From the NCBI GenBank assembly GCA_045632645.1, contig JAZQXC010000012.1, forward strand, positions 16,966 to 80,965: a stretch of DNA of 64,000 nt, written 5' to 3'. Made by a program: the position numbers and the translations under genes. The notes below the pieces were generated by a model that saw only the letters and a list, made by a program, of their open reading frames with translations, was not told the DNA's origin and made no database searches. Source of the DNA: Alphaproteobacteria bacterium (lineage in GTDB: Bacteria > Pseudomonadota > Alphaproteobacteria > RF32 > CAG-239). Positions 54,065 through 63,230 of this stretch are shown here, one piece after another (positions within the stretch are counted from its first letter, which is position 1; each line of letters begins with the position of its first letter).

Positions 54065-55612
54065 ATGTTTTGTCGTTTTCCAATTATAAGCTCCTTTTTT
54101 ATAATTTTATTATTTTATTTTTCTACGCTTTTAGGTATTTCTTTAGGATTTGATGTACAAAAGGCTAACTTTTTATTATTTATTTTATCTATTTTAGGAT
54201 TTAATATTTTTAATATTGAGAAAAAAAACATATTAGCACCTCTATTAATTGGATTAATTGCTTTTGTTTGTTCATTATTATTAAAGGAAAATATATATTT
54301 ATTATATTTACTTTTGATGTTTATGTTTTCTGTTTTGTATTTTATAGATAGAAAAAATGATATTGAACTCGGTAAGTTTGTTATTGCATTTGCTTTATTT
54401 TTCAATCTTTCATTTATAACATGCACAAATCTTCAAGCTGTCCAATATGATTTTTTGTCATGCTATAACTATATTGAATATATAATTGAAAATAATTTTA
54501 TGTTTTGGAACGAAAATCCACTACATACTCGCCCCAGCTATTCATCCTACCACCCTATTTTACATTTTTTTATTGCAGGATTGGTGCGTAAATTTGGAAT
54601 TATTACTACATTGTCTAATGAGGCAAGCGATGAAGCTATGCAAGTTATTTTTCTTAGCTATATGTTTTTATTTTATGTTGTTTCAGCTAAAATATTAAGG
54701 ACACTTAATGTTAATGGTATATCTTATGTTGCACTAGTTTCTTTTATAGCATTCTTCCCAATATTCAATGCATTAGGAGGATATATTAACAATGATGCAT
54801 TATTGCTCCCTTTACAAGCATTAGTAATCTTAAACTCTATTTTGTATTTTAAAACGGATACATCTAAATATTTGTATTACATAGCTATTTATGCAACTCT
54901 TGCTTGTTTAACCAAGCTTTCTGGTATTTTAGTCTTAGGTGGAACTGGTTTTATATTTTTAGTAAAATTGTATCAAAAAAGGGATAAAAATACATTTAGA
55001 TATATTTTTATTGCATCTTTATTGATTTTAATTGGTATTTCTATTTGGCCTTTATATCAGCGTTTTGTTTTAGGAGTTGACTTTTCTTTTGTCCCTCCTC
55101 AAGAGCATTTAAGTCTTGTTAAATATTCTATGTTTGAAAGGTTTAATCCACTTAAAATATTTACATACACGCAAATCTTTTACAATGATTTTGGAATAAA
55201 TCTTTTTGAAACAATGACTAAGACTGCCTTGTTTGGCCAATGGGACTTTACTATAAAAATAAAGTACAATATGTGGCTTATATTTCTTGTTATGAATTTG
55301 TATAAGGTTATTATTTTTAGCGTAATTGTTTTGGGTGGATGGATATTTATTATTGAGCGTAAAAATATATTAACTTTGTTTACTTTTATATTATTTTTAA
55401 GTGTTATCGCCGGGCAAATCGCTTTTAGTCTAAAGCATCCATATATGTGTAATCAAGACTTTAGATATGTTGCAATACTTGTTCTTATTATGGCGATGAT
55501 ACTTGGCCTTGCCTTTAATAAATTAAATTATAAGCTAAAAACGATACTTAGTGTTATTATTTTAATTTTTGGCTTAAGTTCCTTATTTATATGGTGGTTT
55601 GTAACAATTTAG
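54065..55612 (+). CDS. Polytopic membrane protein, GT-C/ArnT-like glycosyltransferase or polymerase (tentative)
   Basis: About 515 aa from the ATG at 54065 (SD GAGGGTAG), with more than 12 hydrophobic segments. No soluble domain or catalytic motif securely recognised. Confidence 0.35.
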   Translation: MFCRFPIISSFFIILLFYFSTLLGISLGFDVQKANFLLFILSILGFNIFNIEKKNILAPLLIGLIAFVCSLLLKENIYLLYLLLMFMFSVLYFIDRKNDIELGKFVIAFALFFNLSFITCTNLQAVQYDFLSCYNYIEYIIENNFMFWNENPLHTRPSYSSYHPILHFFIAGLVRKFGIITTLSNEASDEAMQVIFLSYMFLFYVVSAKILRTLNVNGISYVALVSFIAFFPIFNALGGYINNDALLLPLQALVILNSILYFKTDTSKYLYYIAIYATLACLTKLSGILVLGGTGFIFLVKLYQKRDKNTFRYIFIASLLILIGISIWPLYQRFVLGVDFSFVPPQEHLSLVKYSMFERFNPLKIFTYTQIFYNDFGINLFETMTKTALFGQWDFTIKIKYNMWLIFLVMNLYKVIIFSVIVLGGWIFIIERKNILTLFTFILFLSVIAGQIAFSLKHPYMCNQDFRYVAILVLIMAMILGLAFNKLNYKLKTILSVIILIFGLSSLFIWWFVTI

Positions 55613-55698
55613 TCTTTATTTAGTGGATAATATCCTCTATTTATTGAATAATTTTAGCTTTTATATATTCTCTTTATTAATATAAAAGGAGTTTTAGT

Positions 55699-57141
55699 AT
55701 GTGGCAACCTGTTTTGATGATTAATGGTTTTATTGTGTTTGTACTTGGTATTACAATGTTTATACCAGCTTTTTGCCATTTTTATTATATGGGAACTCCT
55801 GACTATATTTTTATTCAAAGTGGTATAACTTCAATGTTTATTGGTGGCCTCTTATTTTTTGCTAACTTTGGTAAATTTGAAAAAATATCGATATTACAAG
55901 GTTATCTTATTACTATTGTATGTTGGTTTTTACTCCCTTTTGTTTGTTCTCTTCCACTGTATAACAATGGCTCTATTACTAATTATATTGATGCATTGTT
56001 TGAAGCAACATCTGGAATAACTGCAACTGGTGCTACAATTTTAAACAATGTTGAAGCTGAGCCTTGCTCTATTTTGCTATGGAGAGCTATGTTAAATGGT
56101 ATGGGGGGGATTGGAATTGTTATCTTTGCTGTTGCTTTAATGCCATTTTTAGGTATTGGTGGTATGCATTTATTTAGTAAAGAAAATTCTGATACTGAAG
56201 AAAAGTTTTTACCTAAAGTTAGGGATATTGCCAAAGATATTATTATTACTTATGTGTTTTTTAGTTTGCTTTGTGCTGTATTGTTAAATTTAGCTGGAAT
56301 GAGTAAATTTGATGCTGTATCTTTTGCAATGTCAACGCTTGGAACTGGTGGTCTTTCACCTAAAAATACATCTGTTCAATTTTTTGACAACCCAATAATT
56401 GAGCTGATTATTGGTATTTTTATGATTATTGGTGCTTTACCTATTACATATTTTATTTTAATTTTCAAAAGAAAGACTTTTTCATCTATTATATCTAATG
56501 AGCAAGTTAATACTTTTCTCAAGCTTATTGCTATTTATATAGCTCTTCTTAGTTGTTTTTATGCGTGTGATGCAAATATAAACTTCTTTAAGTCTTTGAG
56601 ATATGTATCTTTTAATACAATATCGGCAATAACAACAACTGGTCTTACTTCTTCTGACTTTATTAGTTGGGGAAACTGGTCTTTTATTGTGTTTTTAATT
56701 TTTTATATGCATGGCGGATGCACCGGTTCAACAACTGGTTCTATTAAAATATTTAGATGGCAGGTCATTGTTTCGTTTTTCAAGAAAAATTCGATAAAAT
56801 CACTATCTCCTAACCAAGTTACTGTTATGAAAATTGGAGATAAATTGATAGATGACAATATCGTCTCCTCAGTTTTTGTGCTTGTATTTGGTTTTATTTT
56901 TGCAATTGTATTTTTAACTCTTATTCTTTGCTTAACTGGTATTGATTTTGCAACAGCTCTTGGTAGTGTTACTGCTTGTGTTACTAATAGTGGCATTGGT
57001 CTAACAAGTGCAACTGGTCCTAGTGGTAATTTTTTTGAATTTAGTGATTTTGCAAAATCTATACTATCATTTGCGATGGTTTTAGGTCGATTAGAGGTTG
57101 TGGCAGTAATTGTGTTATTTTCTAAGATAAAAACTGCATAA
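55699..57141 (+). CDS. trkH: TrkH/KtrB-family potassium uptake protein
   Basis: Repeated M1-P-M2 pore-like segments: EATSGITATGATIL, MSTLGTGGLSP, ISAITTTGLTS and TACVTNSGIGL. Confidence 0.85.
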   Translation: MWQPVLMINGFIVFVLGITMFIPAFCHFYYMGTPDYIFIQSGITSMFIGGLLFFANFGKFEKISILQGYLITIVCWFLLPFVCSLPLYNNGSITNYIDALFEATSGITATGATILNNVEAEPCSILLWRAMLNGMGGIGIVIFAVALMPFLGIGGMHLFSKENSDTEEKFLPKVRDIAKDIIITYVFFSLLCAVLLNLAGMSKFDAVSFAMSTLGTGGLSPKNTSVQFFDNPIIELIIGIFMIIGALPITYFILIFKRKTFSSIISNEQVNTFLKLIAIYIALLSCFYACDANINFFKSLRYVSFNTISAITTTGLTSSDFISWGNWSFIVFLIFYMHGGCTGSTTGSIKIFRWQVIVSFFKKNSIKSLSPNQVTVMKIGDKLIDDNIVSSVFVLVFGFIFAIVFLTLILCLTGIDFATALGSVTACVTNSGIGLTSATGPSGNFFEFSDFAKSILSFAMVLGRLEVVAVIVLFSKIKTA

Positions 57142-57168
57142 ATAATGTGTTTTTAGTTCAAAAAAAAC

Positions 57169-57197
57169 TTGCTATATAAAAAAATATATTTTATATT
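57169..57197 (+). promoter_or_regulatory. Candidate sigma70-type promoter for rne (TTGCTA-N17-TATATT)
   Basis: The -35 element is at 57169-57174 and the -10 at 57192-57197, which would give a ~260-nt leader. Such matches occur by chance in AT-rich DNA. Confidence 0.3.
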
Positions 57198-57462
57198 CCT
57201 TTTTGTTGTATATTTTGATAAATAGTGCAGAAATAGCAACGGTGTTTTAAATGATTGATAGCATAGAGTTTACACTTTGAACTATACTGCAACAAAATAA
57301 TAAAAAATATCAAAGTATTATGACATTATGTCGAGCTTAAAAAACAACTAATTAATCAAAAACAAACTATTTTTTAAGCATTTATTTTATAAACTAAAGT
57401 GAATTATATATCGTCTTTAAACCAAACTTAGGCGATAATTATTAGATAGGAAATAGAACGTT

Positions 57463-60078
57463 ATGAAAAGAATGTTGATTGATGACACTCAACCGGAAGA
57501 AACACGTGTTGTGATTGTCGATGGTAATAAAATTGAAGATGTAGAGTTTGAAACATGCTCTAAAAAACAAATAAAAGGTAATATTTTTACTGCAAAAGTG
57601 GTTCGTATTGAACCTTCACTACAAGCTGCTTTTATTGATTATGGCGGGAATCGTCATGGTTTTTTAGCTTTTGGTGAAATTCATCCTGACTACTATAATA
57701 TTTCAAATGAAATTAAACAAGAGGTTGAAAAAGAAGTTGATGAAATTATTGAGCGTAAACGCCAATATCAATTAGAGCGTCAAGCTGAACGTGAGCGTCG
57801 TCGTTTAGAACGTGAGCAAAAACGTGCTGAATATGAAGCTCGTATTGCAGCTGAGAAAGCAAATAATGATGCAAAACATTGTGATTGCAAAGCAGAACGT
57901 AAAGTTATTTGCGATTGTTGTTGTGATGCATGGTGTAGCTGTCAAATAGATTATCAAAATATCTCTTCTTGTAAAAAAGAGGATAATGAGACTTCTTTAG
58001 TTAAAGAAAATGAAGTTGTTTCTGATTGTGGCTGTTCTAGCAATTGTGAATGTCGTAAAGAAGACGGATTTTGCCATTGTGCTGAAAATGGCGAATGCAC
58101 ATGCTCTTTAGCTAAAGAAAATGAAGCTTCTATTGTTGAAGCTCAGGAAGAGAATTTAACTGAGTGTGTTGAAAATTCTGATGATACTGAGGTTGTGGTT
58201 GATTCAGAAGACGAAACAACATCTGATATGGAAGAAGAAAACCAACAACGTAAACCTCGTCGTCGTGGAACTAGATTTTTAGGTTGTAGATCTGGTTCTA
58301 AAGGTAAATATAAGGTTGCTTTAGAGGCTAGCGCTATTAAGGATGATTGCTTGGCTGAAAATATCTTAGAAGAAGATGATGATTTTGACGATGATGATGC
58401 TTCTTTTGAAAATAAGCGAAAATCTTATGATAATGACAACGATTGCGATGATGAAGAAGTTGAAGATGGCGATACAGAACGTTATTTAGAAATTCAAAGA
58501 AAGCTTATTTATGCAAGAAAGCTTTATCATCGTTCTTCTATTCAAGATGTTATAAAAGAAGGTCAAACTGTTCTTGTTCAAGTTGTTAAAGAAGAAAGAG
58601 GTAATAAAGGTGCAGCTTGTACGACATATTTGTCTTTAGCTGGTCGTTATTGCGTTTTAATGCCTAACAGAATTAAATCTGGTGGTGTTTCTAGAAAAAT
58701 TACAAGCGCTCAAGATCGTAAGCGTTTGAAAGATTTGATGAAAGAATTACCATTAAATGATGATATGTCTATGATTATTAGAACAGCTGGCGAAGATAAA
58801 AAACGTGAAGATATTATAAGAGATTATAATTACTTAATTCGTACATGGAACCATATCCGTCATAGCGCTTTGAGCTCTCATGTTCCTTCTATTATCTATG
58901 AAGAAGGTGATTTGATTAAACGTGCTCTTCGTGACATGTGCACAAAAGATATTGGTGAAGTTATCATTGATGGGGATAATGCATATAAAGTTGCCAAAGA
59001 CTTTGCAAAAATTTTATCTCCTAATTTAAGCAAAAAGATAAAATGTCGTAAACCAAATGAAATTCCAGTGTTTCAACACTACCAAATCGAAAGAGAATTA
59101 GATAAACTTCATAATCCTATTGTTCAACTTGCTAGTGGTGGTTATTTGGTTATTAACCCAACTGAGGCTTTGGTTGCAATTGACGTTAACTCTGGCCGTG
59201 CAACTGCTGAAATGGATATTGAAGAAACAGCTTTAAAAACTAACCTTGAGGCTGCTGATGAAATTGCTAGACAATTAAAGCTTCGTAACCTTGCTGGTCT
59301 TATTGTTGTTGATTTTATTGACATGGACGAACCTGCTAATAATCATGCTGTTGAAAAACGTATGAAAGAAGCATTAAAATCTGATCGTTCTCGCGTTCAA
59401 ATTGCTAAAATGAGTATTTTTGGTTTATTAGAGATTTCTCGCCAAAGAATGCACTCTTCTTTTGTTGAAAGTAACTATGTAACCTGCCCTTATTGTAAAG
59501 GTCAAGGTGTTCAAAGAACCACAGAATCTGGTGCAAACTTAATACTTAGAGCATTAGAAGAAGAAGGTATTAAAAAAGCGTATAACCATTTAGAGGCTAG
59601 ACTACCTTCTGATACTGCTATTTATATCTTAAATCACAAACGTAGGATTTTAGCAGATTTAGAAGAAAAATACGATATTGAAATTATAATATCTGCTGAT
59701 TCTTCTATTAAAAATATATCTGATTATAAGATTGATCGTACAAAAGTGGTTAAAGAGGTTAAAACTCAAGTTGCAGCAACTTCTGCTTATGATCATGCTT
59801 CTATGTGTGAAACTGATGATGAAGACGAAGAAATTGAAGATGAAGTTATAGAAACTGAAGATAATTATAGAGAAAATAATCGTCGTCAACGTCGAAGATT
59901 TGATAATAGACGCAAATCTAAGATGAAAAATCGTCGTGACAGAAATAATAGAAGAGAACGTGGTAACAATGTTGAAGAGTTTGAAAACAATGTTGTTGAA
60001 ACGGTAAAAGTTGAAGAAGAAGTTGCTATTAAACCAAAAGAAGAAAAGAAAACTTGGTGGAAAAAGCTTATTGGATAA
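57463..60078 (+). CDS. rne: Ribonuclease E with a ~275-residue insertion in the S1 subdomain
   Basis: MKRMLID...ETRVVIVDGNKIEDVEFE, the S1 halves KGNIFTAKVVRIEPSLQAAFIDYGGNRHGFLAF and IQDVIKEGQTVLVQVVKEERGNKGAACTTYLSLAGRY, the DNase-I-like segment LVAIDVNSG...GLIVVDFIDM, the Zn-link CPYCKGQG and an Arg-rich C-terminus are all present. Confidence 0.92.
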   Translation: MKRMLIDDTQPEETRVVIVDGNKIEDVEFETCSKKQIKGNIFTAKVVRIEPSLQAAFIDYGGNRHGFLAFGEIHPDYYNISNEIKQEVEKEVDEIIERKRQYQLERQAERERRRLEREQKRAEYEARIAAEKANNDAKHCDCKAERKVICDCCCDAWCSCQIDYQNISSCKKEDNETSLVKENEVVSDCGCSSNCECRKEDGFCHCAENGECTCSLAKENEASIVEAQEENLTECVENSDDTEVVVDSEDETTSDMEEENQQRKPRRRGTRFLGCRSGSKGKYKVALEASAIKDDCLAENILEEDDDFDDDDASFENKRKSYDNDNDCDDEEVEDGDTERYLEIQRKLIYARKLYHRSSIQDVIKEGQTVLVQVVKEERGNKGAACTTYLSLAGRYCVLMPNRIKSGGVSRKITSAQDRKRLKDLMKELPLNDDMSMIIRTAGEDKKREDIIRDYNYLIRTWNHIRHSALSSHVPSIIYEEGDLIKRALRDMCTKDIGEVIIDGDNAYKVAKDFAKILSPNLSKKIKCRKPNEIPVFQHYQIERELDKLHNPIVQLASGGYLVINPTEALVAIDVNSGRATAEMDIEETALKTNLEAADEIARQLKLRNLAGLIVVDFIDMDEPANNHAVEKRMKEALKSDRSRVQIAKMSIFGLLEISRQRMHSSFVESNYVTCPYCKGQGVQRTTESGANLILRALEEEGIKKAYNHLEARLPSDTAIYILNHKRRILADLEEKYDIEIIISADSSIKNISDYKIDRTKVVKEVKTQVAATSAYDHASMCETDDEDEEIEDEVIETEDNYRENNRRQRRRFDNRRKSKMKNRRDRNNRRERGNNVEEFENNVVETVKVEEEVAIKPKEEKKTWWKKLIG

Positions 60079-60112
60079 ACTTCTTTTAAGCAAAAAAATC
60101 AATATTGCAAAT

Positions 60113-60142
60113 AAAAAAGGAGGCGCATTGCCTCCCTTTTTC
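60113..60142. terminator. Bidirectional terminator between rne and plsC
   Basis: GGAGGC (60119-60124) pairs with GCCTCC (60130-60135) around the loop GCATT. It has an A-run upstream and a T-run downstream. Confidence 0.7.
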
Positions 60143-60862
60143 TTAAACCATTTTTTGACATGCAGTTTCTATTTTATCTTGTAATGCATCCATGAATTCT
60201 TTTTTGCTTTTGTAGTCAGACACTCTCATTGGTTCCATAAATTCAAAAATAACTTTTCCTGGATATTTTATATATGAAGATTTTGGCCAACATGTTCCTG
60301 TATTAAGAGCTACTGGAACTATTGGTAAATCAAGCCCTTCTGATAAGAATACAATACCTGGTTTATAACCTTTTACTTCTAGATGCTTACAACGAGTACC
60401 TTCTGGGAATATAACTATTGAGCGCCCGTCTTCAACACGTTTTTTAGCTTCTTTTAGCATATCTCTCATAGCCTTGCCACCGGACTTTCTATCTATTGGT
60501 ATCATTCCATAAACAGCTTGAGCCCATCCAAAAATAGGAATATATGTTAATTCTTTTTTCATAACAAAGGCTGAGTTTTTAACAATTGCAGTATATAGAT
60601 ATGTCTCCATTGCAGATTCATGTTTGGAGGCATATATTTGTTTTGGGTTAATATATTCTTTTCCTCTTACTTCAACTTCAATTCCGTAAAGCTTTAGAGA
60701 TATTTTAAATACTGCACGATGAATATAATTATCCCAAAAATAAATTGATTTTTTTCGTGAAAATATACCTATTATAACAATTAAGGATAAACCTATCATT
60801 AATGCTGGGTAAAAATAGATATTTCCAATTGTTGAACGTAAAAATAATTTTAACTTATTCAT
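60143..60862 (-). CDS. plsC: 1-acyl-sn-glycerol-3-phosphate acyltransferase
   Basis: N-terminal TM segment, block I as KHESAMET (H-x4-E variant of H-x4-D), block III as IFPEGTR, and PIVPVAL. Confidence 0.75.
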   Translation of the reverse strand: MNKLKLFLRSTIGNIYFYPALMIGLSLIVIIGIFSRKKSIYFWDNYIHRAVFKISLKLYGIEVEVRGKEYINPKQIYASKHESAMETYLYTAIVKNSAFVMKKELTYIPIFGWAQAVYGMIPIDRKSGGKAMRDMLKEAKKRVEDGRSIVIFPEGTRCKHLEVKGYKPGIVFLSEGLDLPIVPVALNTGTCWPKSSYIKYPGKVIFEFMEPMRVSDYKSKKEFMDALQDKIETACQKMV

Positions 60863-60865
60863 TGC

Positions 60866-61462
60866 TTATAATCCTAACACTTTATATTGAACAAATACAA
60901 TTAAATATTTGGTGTATTCCATAGCTAAAAACTTAAAGCTTTTAATGCTTTGCCACCACTTTTCAGACACAAAGTCTGAAGGAATTGCTATAAATTCTAT
61001 CTTTTTATTTTTTATCACATTATCCATTTCTAGCTTAGTTCTTGGAATGTGATAAAATGATGTTACTAAAATTATGTTATCTATATTATATTTTTGAGCC
61101 CAGATATTTACTTCTTTAGAGTTACCAACTGTGTCTGTTGCATAATAACCTAAGTCTATTGGTAATTTGCTATTTAATTTAACGTCTTCTCTTGAAGTTA
61201 TAGCATCAAGAGTTATCCCCTTTTTCACGCCAGAAATAAGTAATCTTTTGCCTTTGTTTTGATTTAGCAATTCCACTGCTCTAGAGATGCGATTACGCCC
61301 ACCAGTTAGTACTGCTATACCTGTGGTATCTTGCTTGAAATTAGCTAAAATATTTATATTTTTGTATGAAAAAACAGTTTGTGTAAAAATGATAAAACCA
61401 ATAAACCAAAGAAGCACTAATGTACTTATTATTATAATAAAATTTTTATTTTTTTCAAACAT
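60866..61462 (-). CDS. DUF218 (YdcF/ElyC/SanA-like) membrane-anchored protein
   Basis: N-terminal TM segment, then GIAVLTGGRNRISRAVELL...RLLISGV and a later FYHIPR. Confidence 0.6.
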   Translation of the reverse strand: MFEKNKNFIIIISTLVLLWFIGFIIFTQTVFSYKNINILANFKQDTTGIAVLTGGRNRISRAVELLNQNKGKRLLISGVKKGITLDAITSREDVKLNSKLPIDLGYYATDTVGNSKEVNIWAQKYNIDNIILVTSFYHIPRTKLEMDNVIKNKKIEFIAIPSDFVSEKWWQSIKSFKFLAMEYTKYLIVFVQYKVLGL

Positions 61463-61645
61463 TGGCTTTATTACATCCTTTTTTTTAATATCCTTACATT
61501 ATCATAGATAATATTGCATAATAGTTATTTTTCTTATTTCTCCACAATTTACAAACATTATATTTGATAAAAAAATTGATTGACTTAATTGTTTTTGTCT
61601 ATATAGTGTCTATAAATTGTATATGTTTATGTAAAAAATAGGATT

Positions 61646-62506
61646 ATGGAAAAATTACTAGGTGAAGTTCTTAACAAAGAACAATATTTAGACGTTCCAG
61701 AGGAGATTAGCAATCTTTCTAATAGTATTAAAGCAAAACACTTCTTTGAGGAAACCATTGGTATTGATAACATCTTTGTTGCGCCAGTTTTGGTTAAAAT
61801 TACGTCACTTAAGTGTAGTAATTTACTATGTTGGGCGGCAATTAGAGAAGATTTTAAAGAAGTTTTGCGCCTAGCTACAATCTTTAATACTGATATGTCT
61901 CATATAAAGAATTGTGCTATTAAATCTATCGAACTACTAGATAAAGAGTATTACTACATTTGGAATGGTCAGTTCTATTGCGTTATAGGAACGACAACTG
62001 GCGAAGTTGTTCTTAAAAAAGTTTATGGGGTGTGGAGTGAGGCTGATGTTAGGAATTTTATGAAAATTAAAGATCCTGATGCTGTTGCTCCAGATATATT
62101 TCCGGTTGAGTTGTTTTCTATAAGCGGACATAATTTTATTTGTTCAGCTTGGGCTGTTGCTTGTGAAGATGTCGTCTATTGGTATCCTGTGCAATGGGAC
62201 GACTATGATAAACTGCAAAAATATGGCAATAAAGACATCAACATGCTCCCTATTAACGTTGGAGACGTTACAAGGGCTGGAAATATAAACTTTGAGATTT
62301 TATATAATGAAGCGCTAGGATTATATTTTGAAAAAACAGATAAAAAACTATCCTGGCATCATTTATTAAATCAAGAAGATAGTGAGCCTTTGTCTTCGGA
62401 AAAAGGCAAGACAATAAAGCTAGAATTACCTTCTAATCTTAAGAAGCATCAAAAGAGTAAAGATGGTAAAACTTTAACACTATCTCTTAATTCTAGAAAG
62501 AATTAA
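61646..62506 (+). CDS. Hypothetical protein (286 aa)
   Basis: Intact ORF with a strong terminator downstream. No motif recognised. Confidence 0.4.
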   Translation: MEKLLGEVLNKEQYLDVPEEISNLSNSIKAKHFFEETIGIDNIFVAPVLVKITSLKCSNLLCWAAIREDFKEVLRLATIFNTDMSHIKNCAIKSIELLDKEYYYIWNGQFYCVIGTTTGEVVLKKVYGVWSEADVRNFMKIKDPDAVAPDIFPVELFSISGHNFICSAWAVACEDVVYWYPVQWDDYDKLQKYGNKDINMLPINVGDVTRAGNINFEILYNEALGLYFEKTDKKLSWHHLLNQEDSEPLSSEKGKTIKLELPSNLKKHQKSKDGKTLTLSLNSRKN

Positions 62507-62512
62507 ACAATT

Positions 62513-62546
62513 AAGCTCAAACTACTAAAGTTTGAGCTTTTTTTTA
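62513..62546. terminator. Bidirectional terminator
   Basis: Perfect 11-bp stem AAGCTCAAACT (62513-62523) / AGTTTGAGCTT (62529-62539), followed by a T-run. Confidence 0.8.
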
Positions 62547-63056
62547 TTTTGATGTTGAGCCAAATCCACCATTTCGTATGCCATCTGCATTATCATTATA
62601 TGTTATACCAAATGGGATAAATATACCTTGGCATACTGATTGTCCTTGTTTTAGCTCTAATAATTTGGGATGTTTAGAATCATTAGTTAATTTTACAAAA
62701 ATATGCCCTTCATTATCAGAATAGTAGTAATCACTATCTATTATACCAACTGTATTATCTAGCTGAAGACGATATTTAAATCCTAATCCTGATTTTGGGA
62801 ATACACCTAAAAACCAGCCCTCTTCTATTTTTACTCTTATACCTGTTGGAAATGTTATGGTCTGATTTGTGGCAAGATTAATATCTGTTGGTAAATAAAA
62901 GTCATACCCTGCTGAGCCTTTAGTTGCTCTTGATGGAAGCTTTATTTTAGAGTATATTTCTTCAATTAGAGATAGTTGTGCATTTGGATACATTTTTTTC
63001 CATGCTGTTTCAAACTCTTTAAAGCTTACTTTGAAAAACTCTGCTACTTGTTGCAT
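62544..63056 (-). CDS. dut: dUTP diphosphatase (trimeric dUTPase fold) with N-terminal extension
   Basis: The motifs are RATKGSAGYDFY, GVFPKSG, GIIDSDYY, QGIF and the C-terminal RNGGFGSTSK. Confidence 0.8.
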   Translation of the reverse strand: MQQVAEFFKVSFKEFETAWKKMYPNAQLSLIEEIYSKIKLPSRATKGSAGYDFYLPTDINLATNQTITFPTGIRVKIEEGWFLGVFPKSGLGFKYRLQLDNTVGIIDSDYYYSDNEGHIFVKLTNDSKHPKLLELKQGQSVCQGIFIPFGITYNDNADGIRNGGFGSTSK

Positions 63057-63142
63057 TTATTTTCTCCTTTTTTTTATTTTAGAGTATATCAAACTTCTAT
63101 TTTCGCAAGTAAAACTTTTATTTTTTAAGAGAAAAAACAATA

Positions 63143-63191
63143 GAACAATTTAGAAACATTTGTTGACTTTTTAATTTAATGTTGTTAAATA
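63143..63191 (+). promoter_or_regulatory. Candidate promoter (TTGACT-N17-TAAATA) preceded by a GAAC-N7-AAAC element resembling the alphaproteobacterial SOS box
   Basis: GAACAATTTAGAAAC is at 63143-63157, the -35 TTGACT at 63163-63168 and the -10 TAAATA at 63186-63191. The box is imperfect, and the background is AT-rich. Confidence 0.25.
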
Positions 63192-63230
63192 ACTACTAGT
63201 TTTTAAATGTTTATTTTTTGAGATGTGTGT

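Noticed and set aside
59659-60102. 147-aa minus-strand ORF at the 3' end of rne, and the 60-aa ORF at 59142-59324.
   Set aside because: Both are antisense to clearly conserved RNase E coding sequence, and their translations are F/I/N-rich low complexity.
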